The translations under genes were made by a program, and so were the position numbers. 64,000 nt of DNA from Candidatus Latescibacterota bacterium (GTDB lineage Bacteria > Latescibacterota > UBA2968), in contig OZ240241.1 in assembly GCA_965198115.1 (NCBI GenBank), positions 5,280,001 through 5,344,000 on the forward strand. The letters are read 5' to 3'. The notes under the pieces were generated by a model, which worked only from the letters and a program-made list of their open reading frames with translations, had not been told where the DNA came from and did no database searches. Below are positions 51,340 through 61,058 of this stretch, one piece after another (position 1 is the stretch's first letter; each line of letters begins with the position of its first letter).

Positions 51340-52383
51340 ATGCCTACCCTTTTCGGAGAGGATGATAAGGCGGAGGCGCGCGTCTTCCAACCCTCTGGAG
51401 ATCCGCAAGTGTTCCTGCACGAGCTCGACTGGGAACGATACGAGCAGCCTGTGCTGTCAGCAATGACAACACAACAGGACTGGTGTCGGGTCACCCTCTA
51501 CAGTCCGTCGGTTGTCCGAACCGAGCAGGGCTACCGGATGTGGTATTGCGGCAACCGGACCGCGACCCGTACGAACGAGATGGACCTCGGCGTGGCGGAA
51601 TCGGAGGACGGCATCCTATGGACCCCCTCGCCGGCAAACCCGATTCTGAGTTCGGCAGATCTTCCGTGGGGTGGCGCGTGGCAAACGCCTCACGTCCTGT
51701 TCGACAGCGCGGCCGGCTGCTTTCGGATGTGGTTTGTCATGGCAAACTCGGAGCGCGACAGCGAGAATCGGCTTCTCAGCTTCGGCCAGAAGCTGGGATA
51801 TGCCGTCAGTCCTGACGGCCTGGATTGGGATGTCCATCCTGAGCCCGCTCTCCCGAGCGCAAGAGGGCCGTGCGTTCTGAATGCGGATGACGGCAGCTAC
51901 GAAATGTGGACGAACACATCCCCGAGCACGGGCGGCGAGTTTCGAGATCTCGTCTCCGGCATCTATAGATCTACCTCTCCCGACGGCCTGAACTGGACAC
52001 GCGACCCGGATCCGGCCGTGCGCACAACCGATACCCTGCGAAGTGTCGTCTATCCCTTCGTCATAAAATCGGGCGTGGAGTACACCGTGTGGTATGGCTG
52101 CCACGTCGATGGAGGGGTGTTCGAAATCTACTGTTCAACGTCCCCCGACGGCCGTACCTGGACCCATCATCACGACAAACCGTCGTTTCCCGCGAGCCAC
52201 GATCCGAACCGCTTCGATGGCCGCTACACCTCCACCCCCTGCGTCCTCGAGGAGCCCGATCGCTACCTGCTCTACTATTCCGCCAGGGACTGGGGCAATT
52301 TCTACGGCGCGGGCGACGGCTCGGTTCAGTTCGACGCCGACGGCATCTACCGCCATATCGGACTCGCGATAGCCTACAAATGA
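51340..52383 (+). CDS. GH43/GH130-like five-bladed propeller protein
   Basis: Repeated PxV..YRMWY..SxDGxxW blades. Confidence 0.7.
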   Translation: MPTLFGEDDKAEARVFQPSGDPQVFLHELDWERYEQPVLSAMTTQQDWCRVTLYSPSVVRTEQGYRMWYCGNRTATRTNEMDLGVAESEDGILWTPSPANPILSSADLPWGGAWQTPHVLFDSAAGCFRMWFVMANSERDSENRLLSFGQKLGYAVSPDGLDWDVHPEPALPSARGPCVLNADDGSYEMWTNTSPSTGGEFRDLVSGIYRSTSPDGLNWTRDPDPAVRTTDTLRSVVYPFVIKSGVEYTVWYGCHVDGGVFEIYCSTSPDGRTWTHHHDKPSFPASHDPNRFDGRYTSTPCVLEEPDRYLLYYSARDWGNFYGAGDGSVQFDADGIYRHIGLAIAYK

Positions 52384-52403
52384 GTCGTTAGACGGAGGCT
52401 CCG

Positions 52404-53819
52404 ATGAAGGAAGAAACAGTGGCGCCTGATGGCCTGGCTACAGTTGAGTTGAAAGATCATCAGCTCGTTTGTGACGATGCGATGCTCGATCACACCCACA
52501 ACGTCTGGCGCTCCCTCCATCATCCAGTCAAACACGAAGCCAACCCGGTCCTGGAGTCTGACAGACCCTGGGAGGGATACCTCATCCTGCAGCCGGGTAC
52601 CGTGATCTACGACGAACAAGCAGCCCGCTTCAGGATGTGGTACAACACCCGGCCCACGCGGAAGACACCCGATGCCGGCCACAACCTTTGCTACGCCACA
52701 TCATCCGACGGTGTTCATTGGGAAAAACCCGAGCTGGGCCTGACTGAATTCGCTGGCTCGACTGCCAACAACATCCTTCTACAGGGTCCAGTCTGGACGC
52801 ACTGTATCATCGACGATCGAGAGGAGACAGACCCCGAAAGACGCTACAAGATGCTCTATTGGGGCTGGCTCGATCAGTCTGAGAAAAAAGGCATTTACGC
52901 CGCGTTCTCACCCGACGGCATCCATTGGAATATCTACGAAGGAAACCCCATCATCCCGACGTGGGCAACCGGTGACACGTTCAGTTTCCTACGTGATCCC
53001 TCGTCAGGCCAGTACTGGCTTTACCATAAAACGCCTCGCGAACCGATACGCACGGTCTCCCGCATGGTCAGCGACGACTTCATCCACTGGCGAGAGAGTC
53101 AACGCGTGCTCGCCCCCGATCCGCTCGATCCTCCCGATACACAGTTTTACGGGTTGTCTGCTTATCCATCCGGTGGTCAATATCTCGGTCTCCTCTGGGT
53201 CTATCACACCTACATCCAGACAATGGACGTCCAGCTCGTGTCGAGCCGCGACGGTTTGCACTGGGATCGCACGGCCGATCGCAAGCTGCTCGTACACCTC
53301 GAGCCGACAAACAACTTTCAAGGACACGCATTCGATAGCAAGATGATCTATCCCGCTTCTGCGCCGGCGATCCACGACAGCAAACTGTGGCTCTACTACT
53401 CGGGCTTCACCGTCCCACACAATGCTTACGCCGACGATCACGACGGCTGCATCGGACTGGCGACGACACGCGAAGACGGATTCTGTTCACTCGATGCCAC
53501 GAGCGAGGGCGTTATCGTGACCAAACCGTTCAGCTGGAAAGGCGCAACGTTGTGGGTCAACGCGGCTGCCCAACAGGAAGCGGATACGACCCACAGCGAT
53601 CGACTCGGGTCCGTCGGCATCCGAGTTCAGATCGAAGACGAGGGCGGTGAGCCGGTCCCCGGATTCGCGATAGGTCAGTCGACGCCTTGTTCGGGCGACC
53701 AGACAGAAGCTAAGATGACTTGGAATGAGACCAGCAATCTGAGCGATCTCGACGGACGAACGGTCCGACTACGATTCGTGCTCAGCTACGCGCGCCTGTA
53801 TGCCTGGAGGGTCAGTTAA
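52404..53819 (+). CDS. Hypothetical GH32/43-like propeller protein
   Basis: NPVL..DRPWEG, YATSSDGVHWEKPELG, SPDGIHW, SRDGLHW, REDGF. Confidence 0.7.
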   Translation: MKEETVAPDGLATVELKDHQLVCDDAMLDHTHNVWRSLHHPVKHEANPVLESDRPWEGYLILQPGTVIYDEQAARFRMWYNTRPTRKTPDAGHNLCYATSSDGVHWEKPELGLTEFAGSTANNILLQGPVWTHCIIDDREETDPERRYKMLYWGWLDQSEKKGIYAAFSPDGIHWNIYEGNPIIPTWATGDTFSFLRDPSSGQYWLYHKTPREPIRTVSRMVSDDFIHWRESQRVLAPDPLDPPDTQFYGLSAYPSGGQYLGLLWVYHTYIQTMDVQLVSSRDGLHWDRTADRKLLVHLEPTNNFQGHAFDSKMIYPASAPAIHDSKLWLYYSGFTVPHNAYADDHDGCIGLATTREDGFCSLDATSEGVIVTKPFSWKGATLWVNAAAQQEADTTHSDRLGSVGIRVQIEDEGGEPVPGFAIGQSTPCSGDQTEAKMTWNETSNLSDLDGRTVRLRFVLSYARLYAWRVS

Positions 53820-54523
53820 TGACTGCAGAAACGCACACGTTCGAGAATGCGGATATCGGCGAAGGCGCCGTGATCGAGCCCGATGTCTCTGTCGGCTTCC
53901 GCTACCATCCCAACTGCGGTAGGGCGACGATCGGCGCTCACACCATCCTGCGCAAGGGCACGATCATCTACGGCGACGTCCACATCGGCGACCACTTCCA
54001 ATCGTGTCACTACGCCGTGATCCGTGGAATGGTCAGAGCGGGTGACTACTGCACGCTCTGCCACTCGTGCATCGAGGGTGTGACGCGGATGGGAAACGGC
54101 GTCCGGATCATGTCGCACACCTACATCCCGACCCGCACCTGGATCGGAGACAACGTATTCATCGGGCCGGGCGTCACCTTCCTCAACGACCGCAGGCCGG
54201 GAAGGCGCGATCCCACGCCGACGCCGCGCTCTGCCACACTCGAAGACGACGTGATGATCGGAGGCGGCTGCACGATCCTCCCCGGCGTGACGATCGGCCA
54301 ACGCAGCTTCATTGCCGCAGGCGCGCTCGTGAACAAAGACGTCCCGCCACGCAGCCTCGTCATGGGCGTCCCCGGCCGAATCGAGCCCCTCCCCGAAGAT
54401 CTCGACCGCGATAATCACCGCGACCTCACGATCCAACCCTACGACCTCTGGCACCCCGCCCAGCCACATCCCGGCCCGGACATCTGGCCCTCCGATTGGC
54501 CCGAACCGTGGAAAGTAGGATAG
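53819..54523 (+). CDS. Hexapeptide-repeat (LbH) acyltransferase
   Basis: IGDNVFIGPGVTFLND, IGGGCTILPGVTIG, AAGALVNKDVP, GVPGR. Confidence 0.9.
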   Translation: MTAETHTFENADIGEGAVIEPDVSVGFRYHPNCGRATIGAHTILRKGTIIYGDVHIGDHFQSCHYAVIRGMVRAGDYCTLCHSCIEGVTRMGNGVRIMSHTYIPTRTWIGDNVFIGPGVTFLNDRRPGRRDPTPTPRSATLEDDVMIGGGCTILPGVTIGQRSFIAAGALVNKDVPPRSLVMGVPGRIEPLPEDLDRDNHRDLTIQPYDLWHPAQPHPGPDIWPSDWPEPWKVG

Positions 54524-54565
54524 TCGTTTCCTAACCCCCGACCGCTGACCGCTTGTTGCCGCCGG

Positions 54566-54732
54566 CATAGATACCGTCACACTGAGCGGAGTCGAAGTGC
54601 CGGTAATCGAGGCGCACCACGGCACGTCTTCACCCGTCACCACTCTCTGACTTCTGACCACCGATTGCCGGTCACCGCCCCCATAGAACCGTCACACTGA
54701 GCGGGAGTCGAAGTGCCGGTACTCACGGCGCA
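54566..54732 (+). repeat. Direct duplication (period about 116 bp) of a REP-like hairpin with heptamer arrays
   Basis: catag..accgtcacactgagcgg(g)agtcgaagtgccggta..ggcgca occurs at 54566 and 54682. Confidence 0.8.
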
Positions 54733-54758
54733 TTATGGCCATTCTCGGCCCAACTCAA

Positions 54759-56024
54759 TCACCCCGCCAGAAACTCAGCCAGCCTGGGTGTCTCCAACGT
54801 CCGAGTGATGCGAAACGACCCGGCCGGCCCATTAGGGTGTCCCGTATACACGAAGATGTGCTGAACGCCCTCCTCAGCATCGATGACCCCGCCCGCAGGA
54901 TGAAAACCGTCTGCCGTCTTGTAGAAACCCTCTCCTTCGTCCATTGAGCGCTTGTCGAACAGGACACCCTCGAACCGCCACTCCGCCGATTCCCACTCCG
55001 CCGGATCGATGCTCCACAGATCCACCAAGAGCCTTTCTCGAAACGACCGCACGACCTCCAAGCGACCCGTCACCGGATTGAAGTCGATGTCAACGGTGTC
55101 CATGACCTGCGTGTGTCGAATATTGGCCGTTCTTCTCACATCGACTGGCTTTCCACCCGACATCCGGATCTGCTGATAGGACGTTTTCGCTCGCTCATCG
55201 CGGCCCAGAATGAAAACATCCCCATCGTGAACGACGGCAGCTGGTTCGTGTTGTACCGCCCAGAACGGGAGTTCGTGAACGGTCTTGTCCCACGTGACGC
55301 CGTCGTCCTTTGAACTGAAAACCACGAGGTTATGGTGAAAGAGTCCGTCGGGGCCATCGACTGGATTGGGATACTGCTTCCCTCCTCCGTAACCCACCGT
55401 ATTTCCGAACGCGCAAAGCCCCATCTCGGGATGATCAATGATCCTCGGACCGAGATACACGATGTAGCCATCCATCGTGTCCTCCCGAAACTGATCGTTG
55501 AGGTGTGTCCACGATCCACCACGGTCTTTCGAGCGGAAAGCGCCGTAGTTACACAGCACCAGGACCGAATTCTCCCCAGAGGTTCCGATAGCGTTCAGAT
55601 GAAGCTTGTAGCCCTGCTTACTTTCGTTGACCGGCCCGAACTTGTACCGATGCGACAGAGGCAGGATGCCGCCGCGGTTCTTGTCATCGGGATGCATCGC
55701 CTCTCTAAGATCGACCGACCCGGACCACGTCTCGCCACCGTCCGCTGACGTCTTGGCCATGGAGAAAGTGGAGTGCTCGTCCCCGTTCCCGGCACCGTAC
55801 GCATTATGGCCCGGAATGCGGCGGTGAATGAGCACGAGCGTGTCCTCGACCTGCGTCGCCACAGGCCACCCCATATGATTGTTGTCCCCCAATGGGTCCT
55901 CCGGCAGAGCCACCGGAGTCATTTCGATCAGCCCTTGTCTGCGCCCTTCATCGAGCCGAGAAAGCTGCTCTTCACTCGTCGCAAGAAGGTCCAACGCAAA
56001 AGGTGAGAAGTTCGCTGGCGCCAT
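54759..56024 (-). CDS. BNR/Asp-box (sialidase-like) protein
   Basis: SADGGETW, SKDRGGSW, SKDDGVTW. Confidence 0.7.
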   Translation of the reverse strand: MAPANFSPFALDLLATSEEQLSRLDEGRRQGLIEMTPVALPEDPLGDNNHMGWPVATQVEDTLVLIHRRIPGHNAYGAGNGDEHSTFSMAKTSADGGETWSGSVDLREAMHPDDKNRGGILPLSHRYKFGPVNESKQGYKLHLNAIGTSGENSVLVLCNYGAFRSKDRGGSWTHLNDQFREDTMDGYIVYLGPRIIDHPEMGLCAFGNTVGYGGGKQYPNPVDGPDGLFHHNLVVFSSKDDGVTWDKTVHELPFWAVQHEPAAVVHDGDVFILGRDERAKTSYQQIRMSGGKPVDVRRTANIRHTQVMDTVDIDFNPVTGRLEVVRSFRERLLVDLWSIDPAEWESAEWRFEGVLFDKRSMDEGEGFYKTADGFHPAGGVIDAEEGVQHIFVYTGHPNGPAGSFRITRTLETPRLAEFLAG

Positions 56025-56092
56025 GTCACTCTCCCTCGAACGTACACGTGATGATTCTTCCCTGACGACCTCTAACTTCTGACCGCCAGCCG

Positions 56093-56872
56093 TTACTTTT
56101 CTCTTACCTGCTCCAACACCACCCGACTATCCCTGAACAGCTGATCCCAGTCCACATCCAGATTGATCCACGTGGCGCCCCGATCGATCCAGCGCTTGTA
56201 GTTCTCGGGCGTATAGCCGATCGACGATCCCAATACTCGTCCACGGTCGACGACCTTCTTCGAGATCGCATCGATCGCGGCCACCACTTCGGGATCGTCC
56301 AGCTGCCCCAGCTTCCCCATAGATCCCGCTAGATCGTTAGGTCCAAAGCAGAACACGTCGATCTTTTCCACATCGAGCATGGCGTCGATCTGCTCGACGA
56401 CTTCGATGTGCTCCATCTGAATCACAATGATCGGTTCATCCTCCATCTCCCTCAGGTAATCTACCATAGAGACCACGCCATATCGCATCCGCCGTTGAGG
56501 TCCGAAACCTCGAACGCCTACGGGTGGGTAGCGACACGCCTGAACAGCCGCAGCAACTCCGTCCGCGGAATTGACCTGGGGAATGATGATCCCCGCCGGC
56601 CCCAAATCGAGCACCGGCTTGATCACATTCACATCGTTCTGCGGAACACGAACGAACGGCGCCATATCCGTCCCTCTTGAAGCAAGCAGGTGACCTTGAA
56701 CGACCGATGGATCTAATGGTGAGTGTTCCATATCGACCCAGCTGAAGTCATAACCTGCTTCCCCGTAAAGCTCGCTGACTGCGGGATCCGAGAAGCTGAC
56801 GCCCGCCCCGATCGAGACCTCTCCTCTCTCTAAACGACCGCGAATCCGTTCGACATTGTTCACGCTGGCCAT
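56093..56872 (-). CDS. HpcH/HpaI class II aldolase
   Basis: DMEHSP, VRVP, RYPPVGVRG, QME, GPNDL. Confidence 0.92.
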   Translation of the reverse strand: MASVNNVERIRGRLERGEVSIGAGVSFSDPAVSELYGEAGYDFSWVDMEHSPLDPSVVQGHLLASRGTDMAPFVRVPQNDVNVIKPVLDLGPAGIIIPQVNSADGVAAAVQACRYPPVGVRGFGPQRRMRYGVVSMVDYLREMEDEPIIVIQMEHIEVVEQIDAMLDVEKIDVFCFGPNDLAGSMGKLGQLDDPEVVAAIDAISKKVVDRGRVLGSSIGYTPENYKRWIDRGATWINLDVDWDQLFRDSRVVLEQVREK

Positions 56873-56969
56873 TCCAGATCCTTTCGCCTGAGTACGATCT
56901 GTTACCCAATCCGGTGGATTTGCTGCAAATTGGGTGCTCCTGAACGACCACGATTCGACGAGGTTTCAG

Positions 56970-58055
56970 ATGAGCGACACCCAATCAGAGAAATCAGAGC
57001 GCCACGATGATAAGACGGGCGCCCGCGTCCTCCAACTGACCGACACACCGTGCGTGAACCATCCGCTTTACTATCTCGCCAACTCCTTCAGCCCCGACTC
57101 GGCCCGACTCGTCTTCGCCTCGAACCGAACCGGGTCCTACGCGCTCTACATCGTCGAGCTCGCCAGTGGCCAAATCGAACCCCTGTCGGATGTCGAAGGA
57201 ATTTACCCCTTCTCAGGCAACGTCATCGACAATCACGCCTACTATACGACCGCTCGAGGCAGCGTCTATCGGACCTCTCTAACGGATAGGTCTACCGACG
57301 AGCTTGCCTCGAAACCGAGCTGTGGCCTCGGCGAAGTCACCATCAACGCGACCGGCGATCTCGATTGTTGTCTCATCACGAACGACGGGAAAGCGAGCCT
57401 CCTCGTCTTTCGCACAGACGGCACGGAGACCTTCGTCGTCCTCGACGGCGCCCGTGCCCTCTATCATCCCCAATTCCATCCAACCGATCCCGAACTGCTG
57501 ATTTATTCCGCGGATCCGCCTGACCCGCGCCTGTGGAGCGTCCGCATCGACGGCTCCGAAGACCGGTGCTTCTACGCCGATCAGGGGGAAGAGTGGTTCG
57601 TCCACGAGACTTTCCTCGGACCGACGGATCGCGTTATCCTGTCGCACTGGCATCGTGGAATCATCGAGGTCGACCTCCGGACGGGCGCCCTCCGCACGAT
57701 CAGGGAGTTCAGTGCCTGGCACATCTCGTCGAATCCAGCCGGCGACCGCATTGTCTGCGACACGCATCTGCCCGATGTCGGCCTCTGCCTCGTCGATCCC
57801 GAAACCGGCGACTATGAATCCCTCTGCTATCCTGACGCCACGAACCAGGGTCATCAATGGTCCGAACCCACCCCCCTCGTCGCCGATGGCGAAGCCCCCG
57901 GCTGGGCCACGATGACCGAAGCCGTCTCCGCCGAAAGCGCCTACGGCCCCCAATGGAGCCACCCCCATCCCTCGTTCAGCCCGAATGGCAAATGGGTCTC
58001 CTTCACCTCCGACATCACAGGCCATCCTCAGGTCTATGTCGTCGAAGTGACGTGA
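56970..58055 (+). CDS. Oligogalacturonate lyase/TolB-like propeller protein
   Basis: QLTD..HPLYY, FASNRTG, HPQFHP, HETF, HPHPSFSP..FTSD. Confidence 0.8.
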   Translation: MSDTQSEKSERHDDKTGARVLQLTDTPCVNHPLYYLANSFSPDSARLVFASNRTGSYALYIVELASGQIEPLSDVEGIYPFSGNVIDNHAYYTTARGSVYRTSLTDRSTDELASKPSCGLGEVTINATGDLDCCLITNDGKASLLVFRTDGTETFVVLDGARALYHPQFHPTDPELLIYSADPPDPRLWSVRIDGSEDRCFYADQGEEWFVHETFLGPTDRVILSHWHRGIIEVDLRTGALRTIREFSAWHISSNPAGDRIVCDTHLPDVGLCLVDPETGDYESLCYPDATNQGHQWSEPTPLVADGEAPGWATMTEAVSAESAYGPQWSHPHPSFSPNGKWVSFTSDITGHPQVYVVEVT

Positions 58056-58082
58056 GACATTCACGCACAAAGCCGGAGAAGC

Positions 58083-58196
58083 GTCATCCCGGTACGCCTC
58101 TTGGCCGGGATCCCCTTGGCGTCTGCAACGCAGTTCAATTTCACTCCCTTCGCGCCGGAGCCTGTCCCGAGCGGAGTCGAGGGGCGTCTTCGTGTT
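58083..58196 (+). repeat. Half palindrome (58083-58114) plus an octamer array with a nested mini-element (58157-58183)
   Basis: cttcgcgc c[ggagcctgtcccgagcggagtcgaggg]gcgt cttcgtgt. Confidence 0.8.
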
Positions 58197-58204
58197 GATT
58201 TCCT

Positions 58205-59916
58205 ATGTCTAATCGCGACCCCTATCACTTGATCTTCAACAACGACGGCGGAACGCTCTTTCGCCCCTTCGCACCGGCCGGCGAGGAGCCCTTTACGAAA
58301 AAAGGCTTCGTCGACCATACCCTCGGCTATCTCGAGAACACGCAGGTCGACGCCTTCTCCTGGACCCTCGGGACGGATATCTGGCGCACGCCAGACATTC
58401 AGGGAGCCGGTCGAGCGACCAATTTTTACAGCCACAGGACCGAGGTCGGCGAGCGGTTCTACGACCTCGAGCCGCCCTTCCATGCGCGAAGCTGGCAGGT
58501 CATCGCCGACCGGGTCAAGCATATGATCGCCGAGGGCGACGATCCGCCGCTAGTGCTTGCTGACGCCGCACACCAGCGCGGGCTCGACTTCTTCCTTTCG
58601 GTCCGCATGAACGACGCCCACGACGGCCGCATCGTCGAACGCAACAGCAGGCCGCTCTATGGCTCAAAGCTCGCACTGAACTATCCCGTCTTCGAAAACG
58701 GCCGGTTCATCGAGGAGAACATCCGAGGCCACATCTGCCGGATGAAGCTGGAGCATCCGGAATGGCTGATCGGAGAGCAGAATTCACTCACACGCGTCTG
58801 CGCGATCGCGTTTGACTACGCCCACCAGCCAGTCCGCGACTTTCGTCTTGCCCTGATCGATGAAGGCGATCGGACAGTACGACATCGACGGAATCGAGCT
58901 CGACTTCCTACGACACCCTCTCGTCTTCAAGCCTGGAGAAGAGCGTAAGCACGCCCACCTGATGACGGCCTTCATCGGACGTGTAAGAGAAGCCCTCGAT
59001 CGGGCGGGCTCGGAGCGTGGTAAGCACCTGCGTCTTTCGGTACGTACGCTGGTTCCACTCGAGGCATCCCGCCGAATTGGGCTCGACGTCGACGAATGGC
59101 TACGCGAAGGCTTCATCGATATCTGGATAGGCGGCATCGTTGACCGTACGCGCCTCGATCTGCGTGAAGTCGTCAAGCTGGCTGCGAAATACGAGCGGCC
59201 CCGTCTATGCCTCGTTCAAGACAGATGCCATCCTCGGCCGTGGCCACCATAAGCCAGAAGCCTTCCGAGCCGTCGCGGCAAACCACTATCGCGCTGGTGT
59301 GCAGGGCATCTACCTGTTCAACATGACAGCTTATCGATACCGCTGGCTGGCAGGCCGGACACCCCCCGAGGGTCTGGGCTTGGACTACGATTACCGACCC
59401 TTGTGCGAGATCGGTTCGTTCGAAGACATTCGACACGAAGACAAACACTACATCTTCGACAACAAAGGATCGGGTCACCTGACGGACCTCCTCACCTTCT
59501 CGGAGTTGGCACCCGAACTGCAGGACCGACTGTTGACTTCCGAGTGGGGCACAGCTTTCGACAAGCCCGTCTTGCCAGCCCTCTTGCAACAGGGCCAGTC
59601 GGTCGAAACCGTCCTCCGGATCGCCGATGATCCCACCGATGCGGAGGAAGCTGGCCAGCGATTGACCGCGACCCTCCGTCTGATCCTCACCGATATGACA
59701 GGCGGCTCCCACGTCCTGACCCTCGTGTGGAACGGCAGCGCGCTTCCAGCGCAGACGTTGATCGAAGACATAACCTATCAGCTCGACCTCGATCTTTCAC
59801 CAGATCACATCATCTGCGGCGACAACGTGCTTGAGCTCTCGCTCGATTCTGGGGATCCCGAGGTCTTATCCGAAATCCGCATCGACGACGCACAAGTGAT
59901 CGTCAGCTACAAATGA
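58205..59916 (+). CDS. GHL10/DUF187-like protein; frameshifts near 58866 and 59200
   Basis: IFNNDG, SVRMNDAH, HPEW, DYA..VR, YDIDGIELDFLR, GIYLFN across three ORFs. Confidence 0.7.
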
Positions 59917-59993
59917 GTTTCCTTATACCCGGTGGTGAAGGCGCTCCTCCGAATATTGTCCCCGACAGGACCTCAGACGTAGGCCCGCCTCCC

Positions 59994-60048
59994 CACTGTG
60001 TCCATCTGTGTGCAGGCGCCTGCCCCGAGCGGAGTCGAGGGGTGGTTC
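59994..60048 (+). repeat. Decamer array with a nested mini-element (60015-60041)
   Basis: cactgtgtcc atctgtgtgc a[ggcgcctgccccgagcggagtcgaggg]gtggttc. Confidence 0.8.
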
Positions 60049-60055
60049 CTTTCTA

Positions 60056-60922
60056 ATGAACCTCGCCATCCACACCAGCGCCTACAGCGACTACCGCCTT
60101 CCCGAGGCCCTGGCCCGCATCGCCGACGCCGGCTATGACGCCGTCGAGATCGCTGCGGACATCTCCGAATCACGACATTTCGAGTTCCATACAGCGACCG
60201 CAAGTGATGTCGCTAACCTGAGTGGACTTCTTTCGGGCCACGGCCTGAAGCCCGCGGCTGTCGACATCGGCGGTTGGGATCCCGAGCTTTGCATTACGAA
60301 CCTCGACCAAGCAATGCGTAGAGAGGCGGTTGCGAACGTGAAGCACGCCCTTTCTGTCACCAGCGACTTGGATTGTCCCCTAGTTACCGCCCATCTATGG
60401 GGCTTGCCTGCCGAGGGATCACGCGATCGAGCAGGCGAATTTCGCGATCCCTTTCTCCGATCCGTTTCAGAGTTATCCGAAACACTCGATGAGCGCGGCG
60501 TAAGCCTTAACATGATGCCTCATCCTGGCGGCTTCATCGAAGAGTCCGACGGAACCGTTGACCTTGTTCGCGAAACGGGAAATCCGCGTGTCGGATACAC
60601 GTTTGGCATCAGTCACGCCTTCGTTATCAACAAGCAGGGCCAGACACCCGCCGAAATGATCGACTACGCCGGAGCAACACTCACGCACGTCCTCGTATCC
60701 GACACCCACGACATAAAACGCATCATCGCCCCACCCGAGGTCAAGGCCCACGAGCACACGGTGCCAGGCAGCGGAGATATCGATTTCCCATCAGTGATCG
60801 CCGCTCTCAGCGTGATTGACTACAGTGGAGCGTTGTGCGTCCATTTAATCTCAGAACGCGACCGAATTCTCAAGGCCGCCGCTGAGTCGAAGACACTGAT
60901 CGACCGATGGCTGGCGGAGTAA
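60056..60922 (+). CDS. Sugar phosphate isomerase/epimerase (AP endonuclease 2 TIM barrel)
   Basis: AGYDAVE, PHPG, SH, HVLVSD, H.VPGSGDIDF. Confidence 0.85.
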   Translation: MNLAIHTSAYSDYRLPEALARIADAGYDAVEIAADISESRHFEFHTATASDVANLSGLLSGHGLKPAAVDIGGWDPELCITNLDQAMRREAVANVKHALSVTSDLDCPLVTAHLWGLPAEGSRDRAGEFRDPFLRSVSELSETLDERGVSLNMMPHPGGFIEESDGTVDLVRETGNPRVGYTFGISHAFVINKQGQTPAEMIDYAGATLTHVLVSDTHDIKRIIAPPEVKAHEHTVPGSGDIDFPSVIAALSVIDYSGALCVHLISERDRILKAAAESKTLIDRWLAE

Positions 60923-61058
60923 GTTCGACAAACGTTTTCGCTCGAGGCATCTTCCGATCTGCGGTTGTTTTCCAAAACTCGGCGAACTCTGATTCCGGGC
61001 TGCGCCATTTTGTGTTCATTTGTGTTTTTTGGTTGCTCTGCTTCTGACTGGAGGAACT

